Under the pieces are notes generated by a model, which was not told the DNA's origin, ran no database searches, and was given only the letters and a program-made list of their open reading frames with translations. Position numbers and translations under genes: made by a program. From Infirmifilum sp. (GTDB lineage: Archaea; Thermoproteota; Thermoprotei; Thermofilales; Thermofilaceae), in the NCBI GenBank assembly GCA_041287245.1, contig JBEULP010000046.1, positions 1-64,000 of the forward strand: DNA of 64,000 nt. Reading direction: 5' to 3'. Below are positions 48,125 to 57,430 of this stretch, in pieces (position 1 is the stretch's first letter; the number at the start of each line of letters is the position of its first letter).

Positions 48125-49630
48125 ATGGGAAAAGAGGAGGGTCGTGAAGGGAGCCTAAGGGTTTCAAGATATCTGTGGACGGTACTCTCGGTCACTACTC
48201 TAGGTGCGTTCATGGCTGGCCTCGATACTAGAATAGTTCTAGTTGGCCTAGACACAGTTGCCAATGCTCTACACGCCGACATTGAGCAGGCTCTCTGGTT
48301 TACGCAGGCATACATGCTTGGGAGCACGTTAATGCTCCTCCTTGTGGGCAGACTGGCGGATCTATACGGGAGAGTAAAGCTTTACCTTGTAGGCTTCGCC
48401 ATATTTGCGCTTGGGTCGTTCCTAGCGGGGCTTTCGACCTCTCCTCTCATGTTGATAGCTTTTCGCTTCCTCCAGGGACTGGGAGGTGGAATATTAAACA
48501 CTGTTAGTGCTGCGATAGTCACAGACGCCGCTGTTGGAGGCCCCTTAGCGTTCGCCTTAAGCATAAACTCTCTAGCTTTCCGCCTTGGCTCGCTTTTAGG
48601 ACTAACCCTAGGAGGCTTGATAATCGGCCTCTGGGATTGGCGTTTCATTTTCTGGATAAACGTCCCTGTTGGCGTGTGGGCTATCCTCTGGGGTCGGAGA
48701 GCCTTAAAGGAGACATATAAACCCCGCGAAACGCCAGAGATGGACTGGATTGGCTTCGTTGCATTCACAATCTTCAACTTTGCAATTCTACTTGCGTTAA
48801 CCTTTGAGGGTTACGGCTTGTCGTATAGGAGGATAACCACCTTTTTAACGGCTCTCTCCATGATATCTCTCCTTACGTTCGTGGTATGGGAGTTGAAAAC
48901 CAAGCATCCAATCCTGGATCTGAAGCTTTTCCGTGTATGGAGCTTCACAGGGGGGGTTATAGCCCAGTTCTTGAATGCCATAGCATTCGGGTCTGTGATG
49001 CTTCTGCTAACGCTCTATTTTGAGGTGGCTAAGGGTGCCTCTGCCGCTGAAACAGGAATCCTACTCTTACCCTTCGAGCTAACCTTCTTAGTTTTTAGTC
49101 TGCTTAGTGGAAGACTAGCCGACGCCTACGGCTACGTTGGCTTTGCCATTGCAGGGTTGATCATAGGGAGCATAGCTCTCTTCATATTGTCAGGGGTGAA
49201 TCTCGATACACAATATCTTTACATTGCCCTAGGCTCGGCACTCCTAGGAGCCGGTAACGGGATGTTCATCTCACCTAATAGCAGTGCGATAATGTCATCT
49301 GTTCCAGAGCAGAGGAGGGGCGTTGCATCCGCTATTAGGAACGTGCTCTTCAATATAGGAATGACGATAAGCTTGAATATTTCTGTACTCCTCCTCTCCA
49401 GCCGCCTATCCTACGGGTTAATAACTAAGCTCATGCTAGCAGCTGAAATCGACACGGCAGAGCTAGCTAGCGGTAGGCACGCCCTTGCAATAGCTATCGG
49501 CGAGGCGTTCCGCATACTGGCTCTGGTAAACCTCTCGGCGGCAATATTCTCCTTCACCAGAATCAATACATCCAGGAGAAAAAGAGAAAATCTGAACACA
49601 CGTGAACACCAAGTTCTCTCAGAAGTATAG
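48125..49630 (+). CDS. MFS transporter, DHA2 (14-TM) family
   Basis: GRLADLYGR, RFLQGLG, WRFIFWINVPVG, PILDLKLF. Confidence 0.93.
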   Translation: MGKEEGREGSLRVSRYLWTVLSVTTLGAFMAGLDTRIVLVGLDTVANALHADIEQALWFTQAYMLGSTLMLLLVGRLADLYGRVKLYLVGFAIFALGSFLAGLSTSPLMLIAFRFLQGLGGGILNTVSAAIVTDAAVGGPLAFALSINSLAFRLGSLLGLTLGGLIIGLWDWRFIFWINVPVGVWAILWGRRALKETYKPRETPEMDWIGFVAFTIFNFAILLALTFEGYGLSYRRITTFLTALSMISLLTFVVWELKTKHPILDLKLFRVWSFTGGVIAQFLNAIAFGSVMLLLTLYFEVAKGASAAETGILLLPFELTFLVFSLLSGRLADAYGYVGFAIAGLIIGSIALFILSGVNLDTQYLYIALGSALLGAGNGMFISPNSSAIMSSVPEQRRGVASAIRNVLFNIGMTISLNISVLLLSSRLSYGLITKLMLAAEIDTAELASGRHALAIAIGEAFRILALVNLSAAIFSFTRINTSRRKRENLNTREHQVLSEV

Positions 49631-49713
49631 TTCATAGATTATTTTCTAGGGGGTCCTTCTCGCATAAAATATATAGGTGGAACCCTCTGTGAAAAGTAAC
49701 TGCGTGATTACTA

Positions 49714-50595
49714 ATGAATCATAGGGAGGAGCTGAAGAAAGTTTTTCTCGCAGCTTCTATTGGTAACGCCCTTGTTAGCGTTGTAAAAATAATAGGCGGG
49801 CTTATTGCTGGAAGCACAGCTCTCCTAGCAGACGGTAGCGATTCAATCCTTAACGTGGCCAGCTCTGCAATAGGCTATCACTTCTACACGAGAAGCCTCA
49901 AGCCCCCAGACGAGAAACACCCCTATGGGCACACTCGCTTCGAAGTTTATGGCTCCATATTGATCCTCCTGCTTATGGCTGCTACTTTCAGCTTCGTAGC
50001 TTTCACAGCCCTCGACCGGTTTAGCCATGGAGAGCCCGAAAAAGTCGGGACAATTGGAATAGCATTCGCCGCGGTTTCCCTTGTCCTCAACCTTGCGGTC
50101 TCCAGGTTACTTAGACTTTACGGAAAAGGAAGCCAGATAGCCATGACTGAGTCCCGACACACAAGCCTCGACGTGTTCGAGGGGGTGACAACCCTAACTG
50201 GAGTAACCCTAGGGTCTCTAGTCTCAGCATACTATGATTTAGCCGCCACTGTACTTATACTCTGCATTGTAGTGTTTTTCATATACGAGACTCTCCAGGA
50301 GTTACGGGGGCAGATTCTGGACACGAGCCCACCACAGAATGTTGTTGAGACGATCCGAGAGGAGGCTGAAAAAATAAGAGGAGTGGAAGGCGTACATGCT
50401 ATAAGGGCTAGGGTCGTAGGGGAGAAGATCTACGCCGACCTGCACTTGGAGGTTAGCCCCGGGATAACCGTGGAGGAGGCGCATAGAATATGTGACGAGG
50501 TTGAGAAAAACGTTAACGCCCGACTTGGCGGAAAGGTTGACCTAACAATCCACGTCGAACCGTCGGTTGTGGATCAGCAAGGTGTGAGTACTTGA
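49714..50595 (+). CDS. cation diffusion facilitator (FieF-like) transporter
   Basis: STALLADGSDS, PPDEKHPYGH.RFE, H...D, DLHLEV...EAH, IHVEP. Confidence 0.95.
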   Translation: MNHREELKKVFLAASIGNALVSVVKIIGGLIAGSTALLADGSDSILNVASSAIGYHFYTRSLKPPDEKHPYGHTRFEVYGSILILLLMAATFSFVAFTALDRFSHGEPEKVGTIGIAFAAVSLVLNLAVSRLLRLYGKGSQIAMTESRHTSLDVFEGVTTLTGVTLGSLVSAYYDLAATVLILCIVVFFIYETLQELRGQILDTSPPQNVVETIREEAEKIRGVEGVHAIRARVVGEKIYADLHLEVSPGITVEEAHRICDEVEKNVNARLGGKVDLTIHVEPSVVDQQGVST

Positions 50596-51216
50596 TCATG
50601 ACCCCGAGGAGAGCAGCTCCCCCACACATGTGGCAATGCATGCCCGTAGCCCGGTGGCTACAACCTCAGGAGCCATCGACGGGGTGTTGCCCTCTAGGGA
50701 CTGCTGCGGTAGGCTTGGAATGTGGATGAAACCTATCTTCGAAGGGATACCTTTCTGTGAGACGTAATGGAGTGCCGTGAACATTGCTGTGTTGCAGACA
50801 AATGTTCCAGCGCTGTTTGAAACTGCTGCTGGGACGTTCGCTCTCCTTATCGACTCTAGAACCTTTTTAATAGGTATGGTCGCGAAGTAGGCGGCTGGAG
50901 CCCCTGGGAAAATAGGCTCGTCTTCTGGCTTATAACCCTCATTGTCTCCAATGCGCGCATCCATAACGTTTATTGCAACGCGCTCGACGTGGAGGGAGGG
51001 GATACCCTTAGCCTGCCCGGTTAAAATGATAATGGAGGGCCTATGCTCTTCTATTAGTCTCGGTATCAGCTCGCGGACAGCCTTGAAACTCACGGGTAGT
51101 CGAGCTTTAACAATCTCAGCCCCCATAATTACAGTTTCGAGTAGTTTAACGCTCTCCCATGAAGAGTTAACCTCGTCACCCCCAAAGGGTTCAAACCCTG
51201 TTACCAGAATCTTCAT
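50596..51216 (-). CDS. pcp: pyroglutamyl-peptidase I
   Basis: LVTGFEPFGG, ERVAIN, SNSAGTFVCN, GFIHIP. Confidence 0.97.
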   Translation of the reverse strand: MKILVTGFEPFGGDEVNSSWESVKLLETVIMGAEIVKARLPVSFKAVRELIPRLIEEHRPSIIILTGQAKGIPSLHVERVAINVMDARIGDNEGYKPEDEPIFPGAPAAYFATIPIKKVLESIRRANVPAAVSNSAGTFVCNTAMFTALHYVSQKGIPSKIGFIHIPSLPQQSLEGNTPSMAPEVVATGLRACIATCVGELLSSGS

Positions 51217-51421
51217 ACGTTAACCGTCCTCAGAATGCGGATTTAAGAGTAACGCGGTTCTATGTCAAGCCTTTACCGTAGAGCCACTTAGTATTATCCT
51301 CTACTTCCCGCGAGGTGTGGTAATAATTTCCAAAACCACCTCTTGATTTATTTGATTTATGTAAAATATTCTTTGATTTAAAGTAAAGGCTTTTAAAGGG
51401 TGTGTATCCTTGCGTGGTGTT

Positions 51422-53008
51422 ATGAAGCCCAAGTCGAAGCAACTGTTAATAGTAGTGCTAATACTAGTTGCGGCAGCCGCAGTAGCTGCGCTCTTTATGA
51501 GTAGAGCCCCGCGGGTAACCACTAAAGATGTAATAGTTATTGGAACCACCGACTCTGTTCAGACTACCCTCGACCCCTGCGAGGCTTACGACTACCTCGG
51601 CGTGAACATCATCGAGAACATGGGCGAGGGGTTGTTCGCATACGAGCCGGGTACGGCGAAGATTGTTAACAAGCTAGCAATAAGCTATACGATTAGCCCT
51701 GACAGGAAGGTCTGGGAGATCAAAATAAGACGGGACGCCAAGTTCCAGGATGGGACGCCACTCGACGCAAAGGCAGTTGTGTGGTCGTGGAACAGGACGA
51801 TAAGTCTAAATCAAGACCCCGCATTCCTCATAGGGGATCTAATTGAGAGAGCTGAGGCCATCTCAGATGACACCATTAGGGTCTATCTGAAACAACCCTT
51901 CGAGGAGACATACGTAAAGTCGTTACTTGCCACCTGGGTGGCTTTCCCGGTTAACCCCAAGACAACGCCCATGGAGGTTGTTAAACCTCCAAACACGGTG
52001 GATATGATAGGGCCTTATAAGCTTGCGAGCTGGAAACCAGGCGAGTATATAGAGCTTGTAGCCAATCCAAACTACTACGGCGACAAGCCCAAGACGCAGA
52101 GGATAGTAATAAGGTTCTACAAAGACGCCCAGAGCCTTAGACTCGCCGTCGAGAACGGTGAAGTAGACGTGGCGTTCAGGACATTGTCACCAGCCGACGT
52201 TAAGGATATTATGTCGAAGGGTCAACTCCAAGTTGTAAGCGGCCCGGGCATCGCGCCCATACGATACCTGGTCTTCAACACTGCTAAAGAGCCCTTCAAC
52301 GATGTCAGGATCCGCCAGGCCATAGCTTACCTCGTGGATCGAAACCAAATCGTCAACACCGTTTACATGGGGAAGTTCGCTCAACCCCTCTACAGCATGA
52401 TCCCCATAGGGTTCATAGGGCATAAAGACTCCTTCAAGGAGATATACGGCGACACGCCTAACATTCAGGCGGCACGGAATCTCCTCACCCAGGCGGGTTA
52501 CAGCGAGTCCAACCCTCTACGCATAGAGCTTTGGTACACCCCTGTTAGATACACCCCTGCCGAGCCCGATATAGCTGCGATACTAAAGCAGAACCTGGAG
52601 GCCAGCGGAATGATCAAGGTGGATCTGAAGAGTGCTGACTGGGCTACGTACAGGAGCCTTTTCAGGGGAGAAAAGATAGCCTGCTGGCTCCTAGGCTGGT
52701 TCCCAGACTTCCTCGACTCAGACAATTATGTTAGGCCCTTCTACCACTCGGGCGCTAACGGGTGGCTACACGTCCACTACGCCAACGCCCAGGTGGACCA
52801 GCTGATAGACCAGCAAGTCTTGCAGCCTACCGATCAGCGCATCAAAACATTGGAAAGGATACAGGATATCGTTGCCCGCGACGCGCCTATCATACCCCTA
52901 TGGCAGGAGGGGCAGTATGCCGTAGCCCAGAAGAACGTTAAAGGCATAGTCCTTGACTACTCGCAGATATTCAGGTACTGGCTTATCTACGCGGAAGTTC
53001 AAGGCTAG
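51422..53008 (+). CDS. dppA: peptide ABC transporter substrate-binding protein (family 5)
   Basis: N-terminal TM; TLDP, KFQDGTPLDA..V, GPYKL..W, PFNDVRIRQAI; start at ATG 51422. Confidence 0.93.
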   Translation: MKPKSKQLLIVVLILVAAAAVAALFMSRAPRVTTKDVIVIGTTDSVQTTLDPCEAYDYLGVNIIENMGEGLFAYEPGTAKIVNKLAISYTISPDRKVWEIKIRRDAKFQDGTPLDAKAVVWSWNRTISLNQDPAFLIGDLIERAEAISDDTIRVYLKQPFEETYVKSLLATWVAFPVNPKTTPMEVVKPPNTVDMIGPYKLASWKPGEYIELVANPNYYGDKPKTQRIVIRFYKDAQSLRLAVENGEVDVAFRTLSPADVKDIMSKGQLQVVSGPGIAPIRYLVFNTAKEPFNDVRIRQAIAYLVDRNQIVNTVYMGKFAQPLYSMIPIGFIGHKDSFKEIYGDTPNIQAARNLLTQAGYSESNPLRIELWYTPVRYTPAEPDIAAILKQNLEASGMIKVDLKSADWATYRSLFRGEKIACWLLGWFPDFLDSDNYVRPFYHSGANGWLHVHYANAQVDQLIDQQVLQPTDQRIKTLERIQDIVARDAPIIPLWQEGQYAVAQKNVKGIVLDYSQIFRYWLIYAEVQG

Positions 53009-53026
53009 AGTATTCGGTGCGACATA

Positions 53027-54049
53027 ATGGGTTTAAAAGAGTATGTTATTTCTCGCATCCTACTCACCCCTATAATGGTTCTCATATTGCTGACAGCGGT
53101 ATTCGTATTGATGCGTGTCCTGCCAGGGGATCCTGTGACAATGCTTGAGGGGAAAAACATCCCGGAGGATGTTTTAGCTAGGAGACGGGCTGAGCTGGGC
53201 CTAAACAAACCCTTGTACCAGCAGTACATTGACTATCTATACTCAATCCTCGTTAACCACGACTTGGGTTATACCGCGCTCGAGCGGATCCCAGTCTCCT
53301 ACCTCATACTAACGAGGTTCCCTGCGACGGTAGAGCTAGCGCTGGCTTCCTCCGCGATAGCCATCTCTCTTGGAGTGGCGATGGGACTGCTTACAGCCAG
53401 ACACCGTGGAACCAAGGTCAAGACCCTTGTAAGAGTTTACTCATCCGTCGTGTACTCGATCCCTGTTTTCTACATAGGAATGCTTTTACAGCTCTCCTTG
53501 GCCAAACCCCTGGGGCTCCCGACAACCGGGAGGCTTTCACCGTTGAACATGATCACGCTGGACGAACTCCCCCACCGGACAGGCTTTGTCGTTGTCGATG
53601 CGATTATCGCCGGGAGGCCTGATATCATCATGGATTTCCTGGTGCACATAGCGCTTCCAGCTACAGCCCTGGGGCTCTACCTGTCAGGCGTTTTTACACG
53701 CGTCACATACCTCGCCGTTGAAGAGGCGATGCTGCAGGAATACGTGCGATCCGCTAGGGCTAGAGGTATCAGAGAGTGGAACATTATCCTCCGCTACGGG
53801 CTAAGAAACGCGATGATACCATTACTTACCATGGGAGGGCTCCAGATCGCGGCCCTTCTTGGAGGGGCAGTACTTACAGAAACCACCTTTAACTGGGATG
53901 GGCTGGGGCTTCTCGTATACGAGGGGATCCTAAAGAGGGATTATGCAATAGTCCAAGGCACAGTTACCATCTACGCTGTGATTGTGGCACTAGTTAGCCT
54001 CCTAGTAGACATCGCCTACGCTTACGTTGACCCTCGGGTGAGATACTGA
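53027..54049 (+). CDS. dppB: peptide ABC transporter permease
   Basis: LPGDP, RFPATVELA, EYVRSARARG, LRNAMIP, DPRVRY. Confidence 0.95.
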   Translation: MGLKEYVISRILLTPIMVLILLTAVFVLMRVLPGDPVTMLEGKNIPEDVLARRRAELGLNKPLYQQYIDYLYSILVNHDLGYTALERIPVSYLILTRFPATVELALASSAIAISLGVAMGLLTARHRGTKVKTLVRVYSSVVYSIPVFYIGMLLQLSLAKPLGLPTTGRLSPLNMITLDELPHRTGFVVVDAIIAGRPDIIMDFLVHIALPATALGLYLSGVFTRVTYLAVEEAMLQEYVRSARARGIREWNIILRYGLRNAMIPLLTMGGLQIAALLGGAVLTETTFNWDGLGLLVYEGILKRDYAIVQGTVTIYAVIVALVSLLVDIAYAYVDPRVRY

Positions 54050-54930
54050 TGTGGACGCCTAAAAGCTACGGCGAGTTAAACCTCCTAGTCGGCGCGGGCC
54101 TCATACTAGCTATAATCTCCGTAGCTGTTATCACCTCGTTTTACCCACTGGGAAACGCAACCGAGAGCTACGTCGTAGTGGACGGCAGGCGTGTAGAGGT
54201 GCCACCCCTCCTACCCCCGGGCTCCCAAATAAAAGTCGGGTCTCACGTCATTGTCTTCCCCCTTGGCACAGACCAGCTTGGAAGGGACGTTTTAGCCCGG
54301 GTGGCGTCCGGGGCACGTTTCGTCCTGACGATCGCGTTTCTATCGACTACTATCTCAGCCGTCCTAGGGGTTGTTTTAGGGCTGCTCTCAGGATACGTCG
54401 GCGGCCTCCTTGATAGGGCTTTGAGCCTTGTAATGGACAGCATGTACGCCCTACCAGGGTTAATCCTTGCCATGGCTATCGCAGCCCTCCTCGGAGTCGG
54501 AGTACTAAACATCTCTGTGGCGATAGCTGTTGTATACATACCAAGCTACTTCAGGATGGTGAGGGGCGTTGTCCTATCCTTAAAGTCTACCCCCTTCGTC
54601 GAGGCTGCTAGAGTCGCAGGCGCAGGGGCATGGGCCATAGTTAGCTACCATATACTCCCGAATACGATACCAGCTGTGGCCTCCCTATTACCCATTAGCT
54701 TCGCCGACGCTATAATCACTGAGGCAGGCCTTACCTTCTTGGGACTCGGGATTGAGCCGCCGACCCCGGACTGGGGCTTCGACTTAAACAAGGGACGCCA
54801 GTTTTTCCTTTCAGGCTACTGGTGGGTCGGGGTCTTCCCAGGGTTGATGATAATTCTCAGCGTTTTAGGCTTCCTGATGCTCGGCGAGGGGCTAAACGAT
54901 ATCCTCAACCCGAAAAAGGTGGAACTATGA
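54049..54930 (+). CDS. dppC: peptide ABC transporter permease
   Basis: LGTDQLGRD, FVEAARVAGA, HILPN, FLGLG..PP.PDWG. Confidence 0.95.
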   Translation: MWTPKSYGELNLLVGAGLILAIISVAVITSFYPLGNATESYVVVDGRRVEVPPLLPPGSQIKVGSHVIVFPLGTDQLGRDVLARVASGARFVLTIAFLSTTISAVLGVVLGLLSGYVGGLLDRALSLVMDSMYALPGLILAMAIAALLGVGVLNISVAIAVVYIPSYFRMVRGVVLSLKSTPFVEAARVAGAGAWAIVSYHILPNTIPAVASLLPISFADAIITEAGLTFLGLGIEPPTPDWGFDLNKGRQFFLSGYWWVGVFPGLMIILSVLGFLMLGEGLNDILNPKKVEL

Positions 54931-55874
54931 GCCTACTTAGAGTGGAAGGTCTTACAGTTTCCTATAACTCGAGAAGGGGCCGGGTTGAAGCATTGAACAA
55001 CGTTACGCTGGACCTGGGCGAGGGCGAGGTTATGGGAGTCGTCGGGGAGAGCGGGTCCGGCAAGAGCACGCTCGGATTATCAATCCTCCGCCTCCTACCT
55101 GACAACGCTGTGGTAGAGGGAGGGTCAATCCACTTCAACGGCGTGAACCTCCTCGAGCTAGACGAGGAGAAAATGAGGGAGATAAGAGGGAAGGGCATCG
55201 GCATGGTGTTTCAAGACCCCTACTCTGCCCTGAACCCCGTAATGAGAATCGGGGATCACTTTGTAGAGCTGTTTCTCGAACACGGGTTTTTCCAGGACCG
55301 TGAGGAGGCCTTGGCGGAGGCCGGCGATATCCTTGAAAGCCTTGGGGTTCCTAGGGCAAGGCTAAACGACTACCCGCACCAGCTCAGCGGCGGTCAGAGG
55401 CAGCGGGTTGCGATAGGTCTCGCACTCGCTCTGAAGCCGAGGCTTGTAGTAGCTGACGAGATAACAACGGCTCTCGACGCACTAGTGGAGGCGCAGATAA
55501 TGGAGCTACTCAAAGACGTTAAGAAAGCCTACAAGACCTCAATGATATTCATAACCCATAACATGGGGCTCGTAGCAGAGTTCTCCGATAAAGTAACCGT
55601 GATGTACGCCGGGAAGGTGGTTGAGTCCGGAAAGACCGAGGAGGTCGTCGGCGAGCCGTATCACCCCTATACAAAAGCCCTCTTAGCCTCTGTCCCCCGG
55701 ATAGGAGGGTCGAAGGAGTTAAAGCCAATTCCCGGTGAGACGCCTGACATGAGGAGCCCCCCTAGTGGGTGCCGTTTCCATCCGAGATGCCCACTAGCGT
55801 TCGATAAGTGCAGAATAGAGGAACCTCCTCTGAGAAATGTGGGTGGTCGTCTTGTCAGCTGTCACATATGGTAG
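54927..55874 (+). CDS. dppD: peptide ABC transporter ATP-binding protein
   Basis: GESGSGKST, YPHQLSGGQRQR, HPYT, GCRFHPRCP; start at ATG 54927. Confidence 0.95.
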   Translation: MSLLRVEGLTVSYNSRRGRVEALNNVTLDLGEGEVMGVVGESGSGKSTLGLSILRLLPDNAVVEGGSIHFNGVNLLELDEEKMREIRGKGIGMVFQDPYSALNPVMRIGDHFVELFLEHGFFQDREEALAEAGDILESLGVPRARLNDYPHQLSGGQRQRVAIGLALALKPRLVVADEITTALDALVEAQIMELLKDVKKAYKTSMIFITHNMGLVAEFSDKVTVMYAGKVVESGKTEEVVGEPYHPYTKALLASVPRIGGSKELKPIPGETPDMRSPPSGCRFHPRCPLAFDKCRIEEPPLRNVGGRLVSCHIW

Positions 55875-56868
55875 GGAGCTGTTGAGGATTGAGAATTTAA
55901 GGGTCTACTACCCGGTCAAGAGGACGATAGAGGAGGTGCTCGGGAGGAAACAGCGATTCTTGAGGGCTGTGGACGGCGTCAGCTTTACTGTCTCAAGGGG
56001 CGAGATAGTGGCGCTGGTCGGTGAGAGCGGGTCAGGTAAAACAACAGTAGCTAGAGCCATTGTTGGGCTTGTGAAGCCTACCTCCGGGAAAATATTCTTC
56101 GACGGGCTAAGCCTAACAGACATGAAGCCTGGAGATATGAAGCGTCTCAGGAGGAGGATACAGATGGTCTTCCAGGATCCCACCGTTAGCCTTAACCCTC
56201 GGATGCGGGTCGGCGCGCAGCTCGAGTTCCCCCTTATGGTGAACGGGGTTGACTCTAAAAAGGAGAGACGGGACGCGGCATTGGAGGCCCTGAAAACGGT
56301 TGGCCTCACACCTCCAGAGGACTTTTACACCAGGTACCCGCACCAGCTGAGCGGGGGGCAGAGGCAGCGGGTAGCAATAGCCAGGGCTCTTGTCCTTAAA
56401 CCTGAATTCCTCATAGCAGACGAGCCCATATCAAATATAGACGTCTCAGCTAGGGCGCAAATCCTAAACTTGCTTCGAGAGATACGGAGTGATATGGGGC
56501 TCTCAATGTTGTACATAACACATGATCTCTCATCCGCGTGGGCCATCGCTGACAAGGTTGCGGTCATGTACCTGGGAAAAATCGTAGAATATGGAGACGT
56601 AGACCAGGTGTTCAGCAACCCCCTACATCCCTATACTAAAGCTCTCCTCAGCTCAGTCCCCAGCCTGACCCCAAAGCAAACGACTACGAGAAGGATACTG
56701 CTCCCAGGCGAGGTCCCCAATGCCATAGACCCCCCAGGGGGGTGTAGGTTACATCCCCGATGTCCCTATGCATCCAATCTCTGTGCGACCCTGGAACCGG
56801 AACTGACGGATGTGGGCAAAGGGCATCTAGTGGCTTGCCACCTCTACTCACACCACGAGGAAAAGTGA
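55837..56868 (+). CDS. dppF: peptide ABC transporter ATP-binding protein (exact start uncertain)
   Basis: AVDGVSF, GESGSGKTT, YPHQLSGGQRQR, GCRLHPRCP, VACH. Confidence 0.95.
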   Translation: MWVVVLSAVTYGRELLRIENLRVYYPVKRTIEEVLGRKQRFLRAVDGVSFTVSRGEIVALVGESGSGKTTVARAIVGLVKPTSGKIFFDGLSLTDMKPGDMKRLRRRIQMVFQDPTVSLNPRMRVGAQLEFPLMVNGVDSKKERRDAALEALKTVGLTPPEDFYTRYPHQLSGGQRQRVAIARALVLKPEFLIADEPISNIDVSARAQILNLLREIRSDMGLSMLYITHDLSSAWAIADKVAVMYLGKIVEYGDVDQVFSNPLHPYTKALLSSVPSLTPKQTTTRRILLPGEVPNAIDPPGGCRLHPRCPYASNLCATLEPELTDVGKGHLVACHLYSHHEEK

Positions 56869-57104
56869 TTTCACTTCAGCTCAACCTAGAAGACGTTATT
56901 TTCTCCTCTTGGGCGTCCAAATAGGTTAATTATTTCTCGAGCTCCATCCCCCATCTGGTTCAGTCACCGACTAGACCGGCTTTCCTTATACACAGCCGAT
57001 TCTAGGCTAGAAAGGAGTTTCTTCCACCATTGAGACGTGACGTGAAAATGTCGATATCATAATGTTGCATGAAAAACAGTGTCAACACTTTTCAAATTTT
57101 TTTA

Positions 57105-57372
57105 GTGTAGTGTCTGGTAGCCATCAGACCTCCTCCCCGCCCTAAAGAGGCGAGGGTTTTTGCGGGGGCTGCATCCACGGCTGAAGCTGGGTTTGAGGCT
57201 TGTGCCGGGTCTCGGGCACGTTGCCCCCTACCCTGCTCGGCGTGGGGCGTGGGCACGGGTGTCCGGTACACAGCCTCTACGGCGCTTCGAATACCCGCCT
57301 GAGGTCCACCAAGGCCCTCCCAATAACGTACTAGGGAGTACACAGCTAAGCGTTTCCGCTCACACCCCGCAA
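57105..57372 (-). ncRNA. structured RNA resembling an IS200/IS605 TnpB omega-RNA (reRNA), or a non-autonomous IS605 derivative
   Basis: GC-rich non-coding island; right-end-like hairpin CCCTCGCCTCTTTAGGGCGGGG followed by AGGAGGTCTG; hairpin-loop AGACC complementary to terminal GGTCT; GAAA tetraloop hairpin; long-range closing helix. Confidence 0.6.
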
Positions 57373-57430
57373 TAAACGACAAGGCTTTCAGTTGTAACAA
57401 GCTTTTAATAAGGAGGCTTGCACGGATAGC

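Noticed and set aside
55371..56372. Near-identical DNA stretches in dppD and dppF
   Set aside because: They encode the conserved YPHQLSGGQRQR signature of paralogous ATPases.
56870..57090. Possible pseudogene remnant on the minus strand next to the structured locus
   Set aside because: Short stop-interrupted frames with no recognisable motif.
57115..57370. Fluoride-riboswitch-like (GAUG...CUGAUG) and TPP-riboswitch-like fragments on the minus strand
   Set aside because: Key conserved bases are missing and there is no downstream gene on that strand; the IS605 right-end reading fits better.
57160..57372. SRP RNA, RNase P RNA, or a tRNA/tmRNA-like element (TTCGAAT ... TCCACCA on the plus strand)
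   Set aside because: No SRP helix-8 motif, no RNase P CR-I/CR-V motifs, and no proper 5-bp T-stem or cloverleaf.
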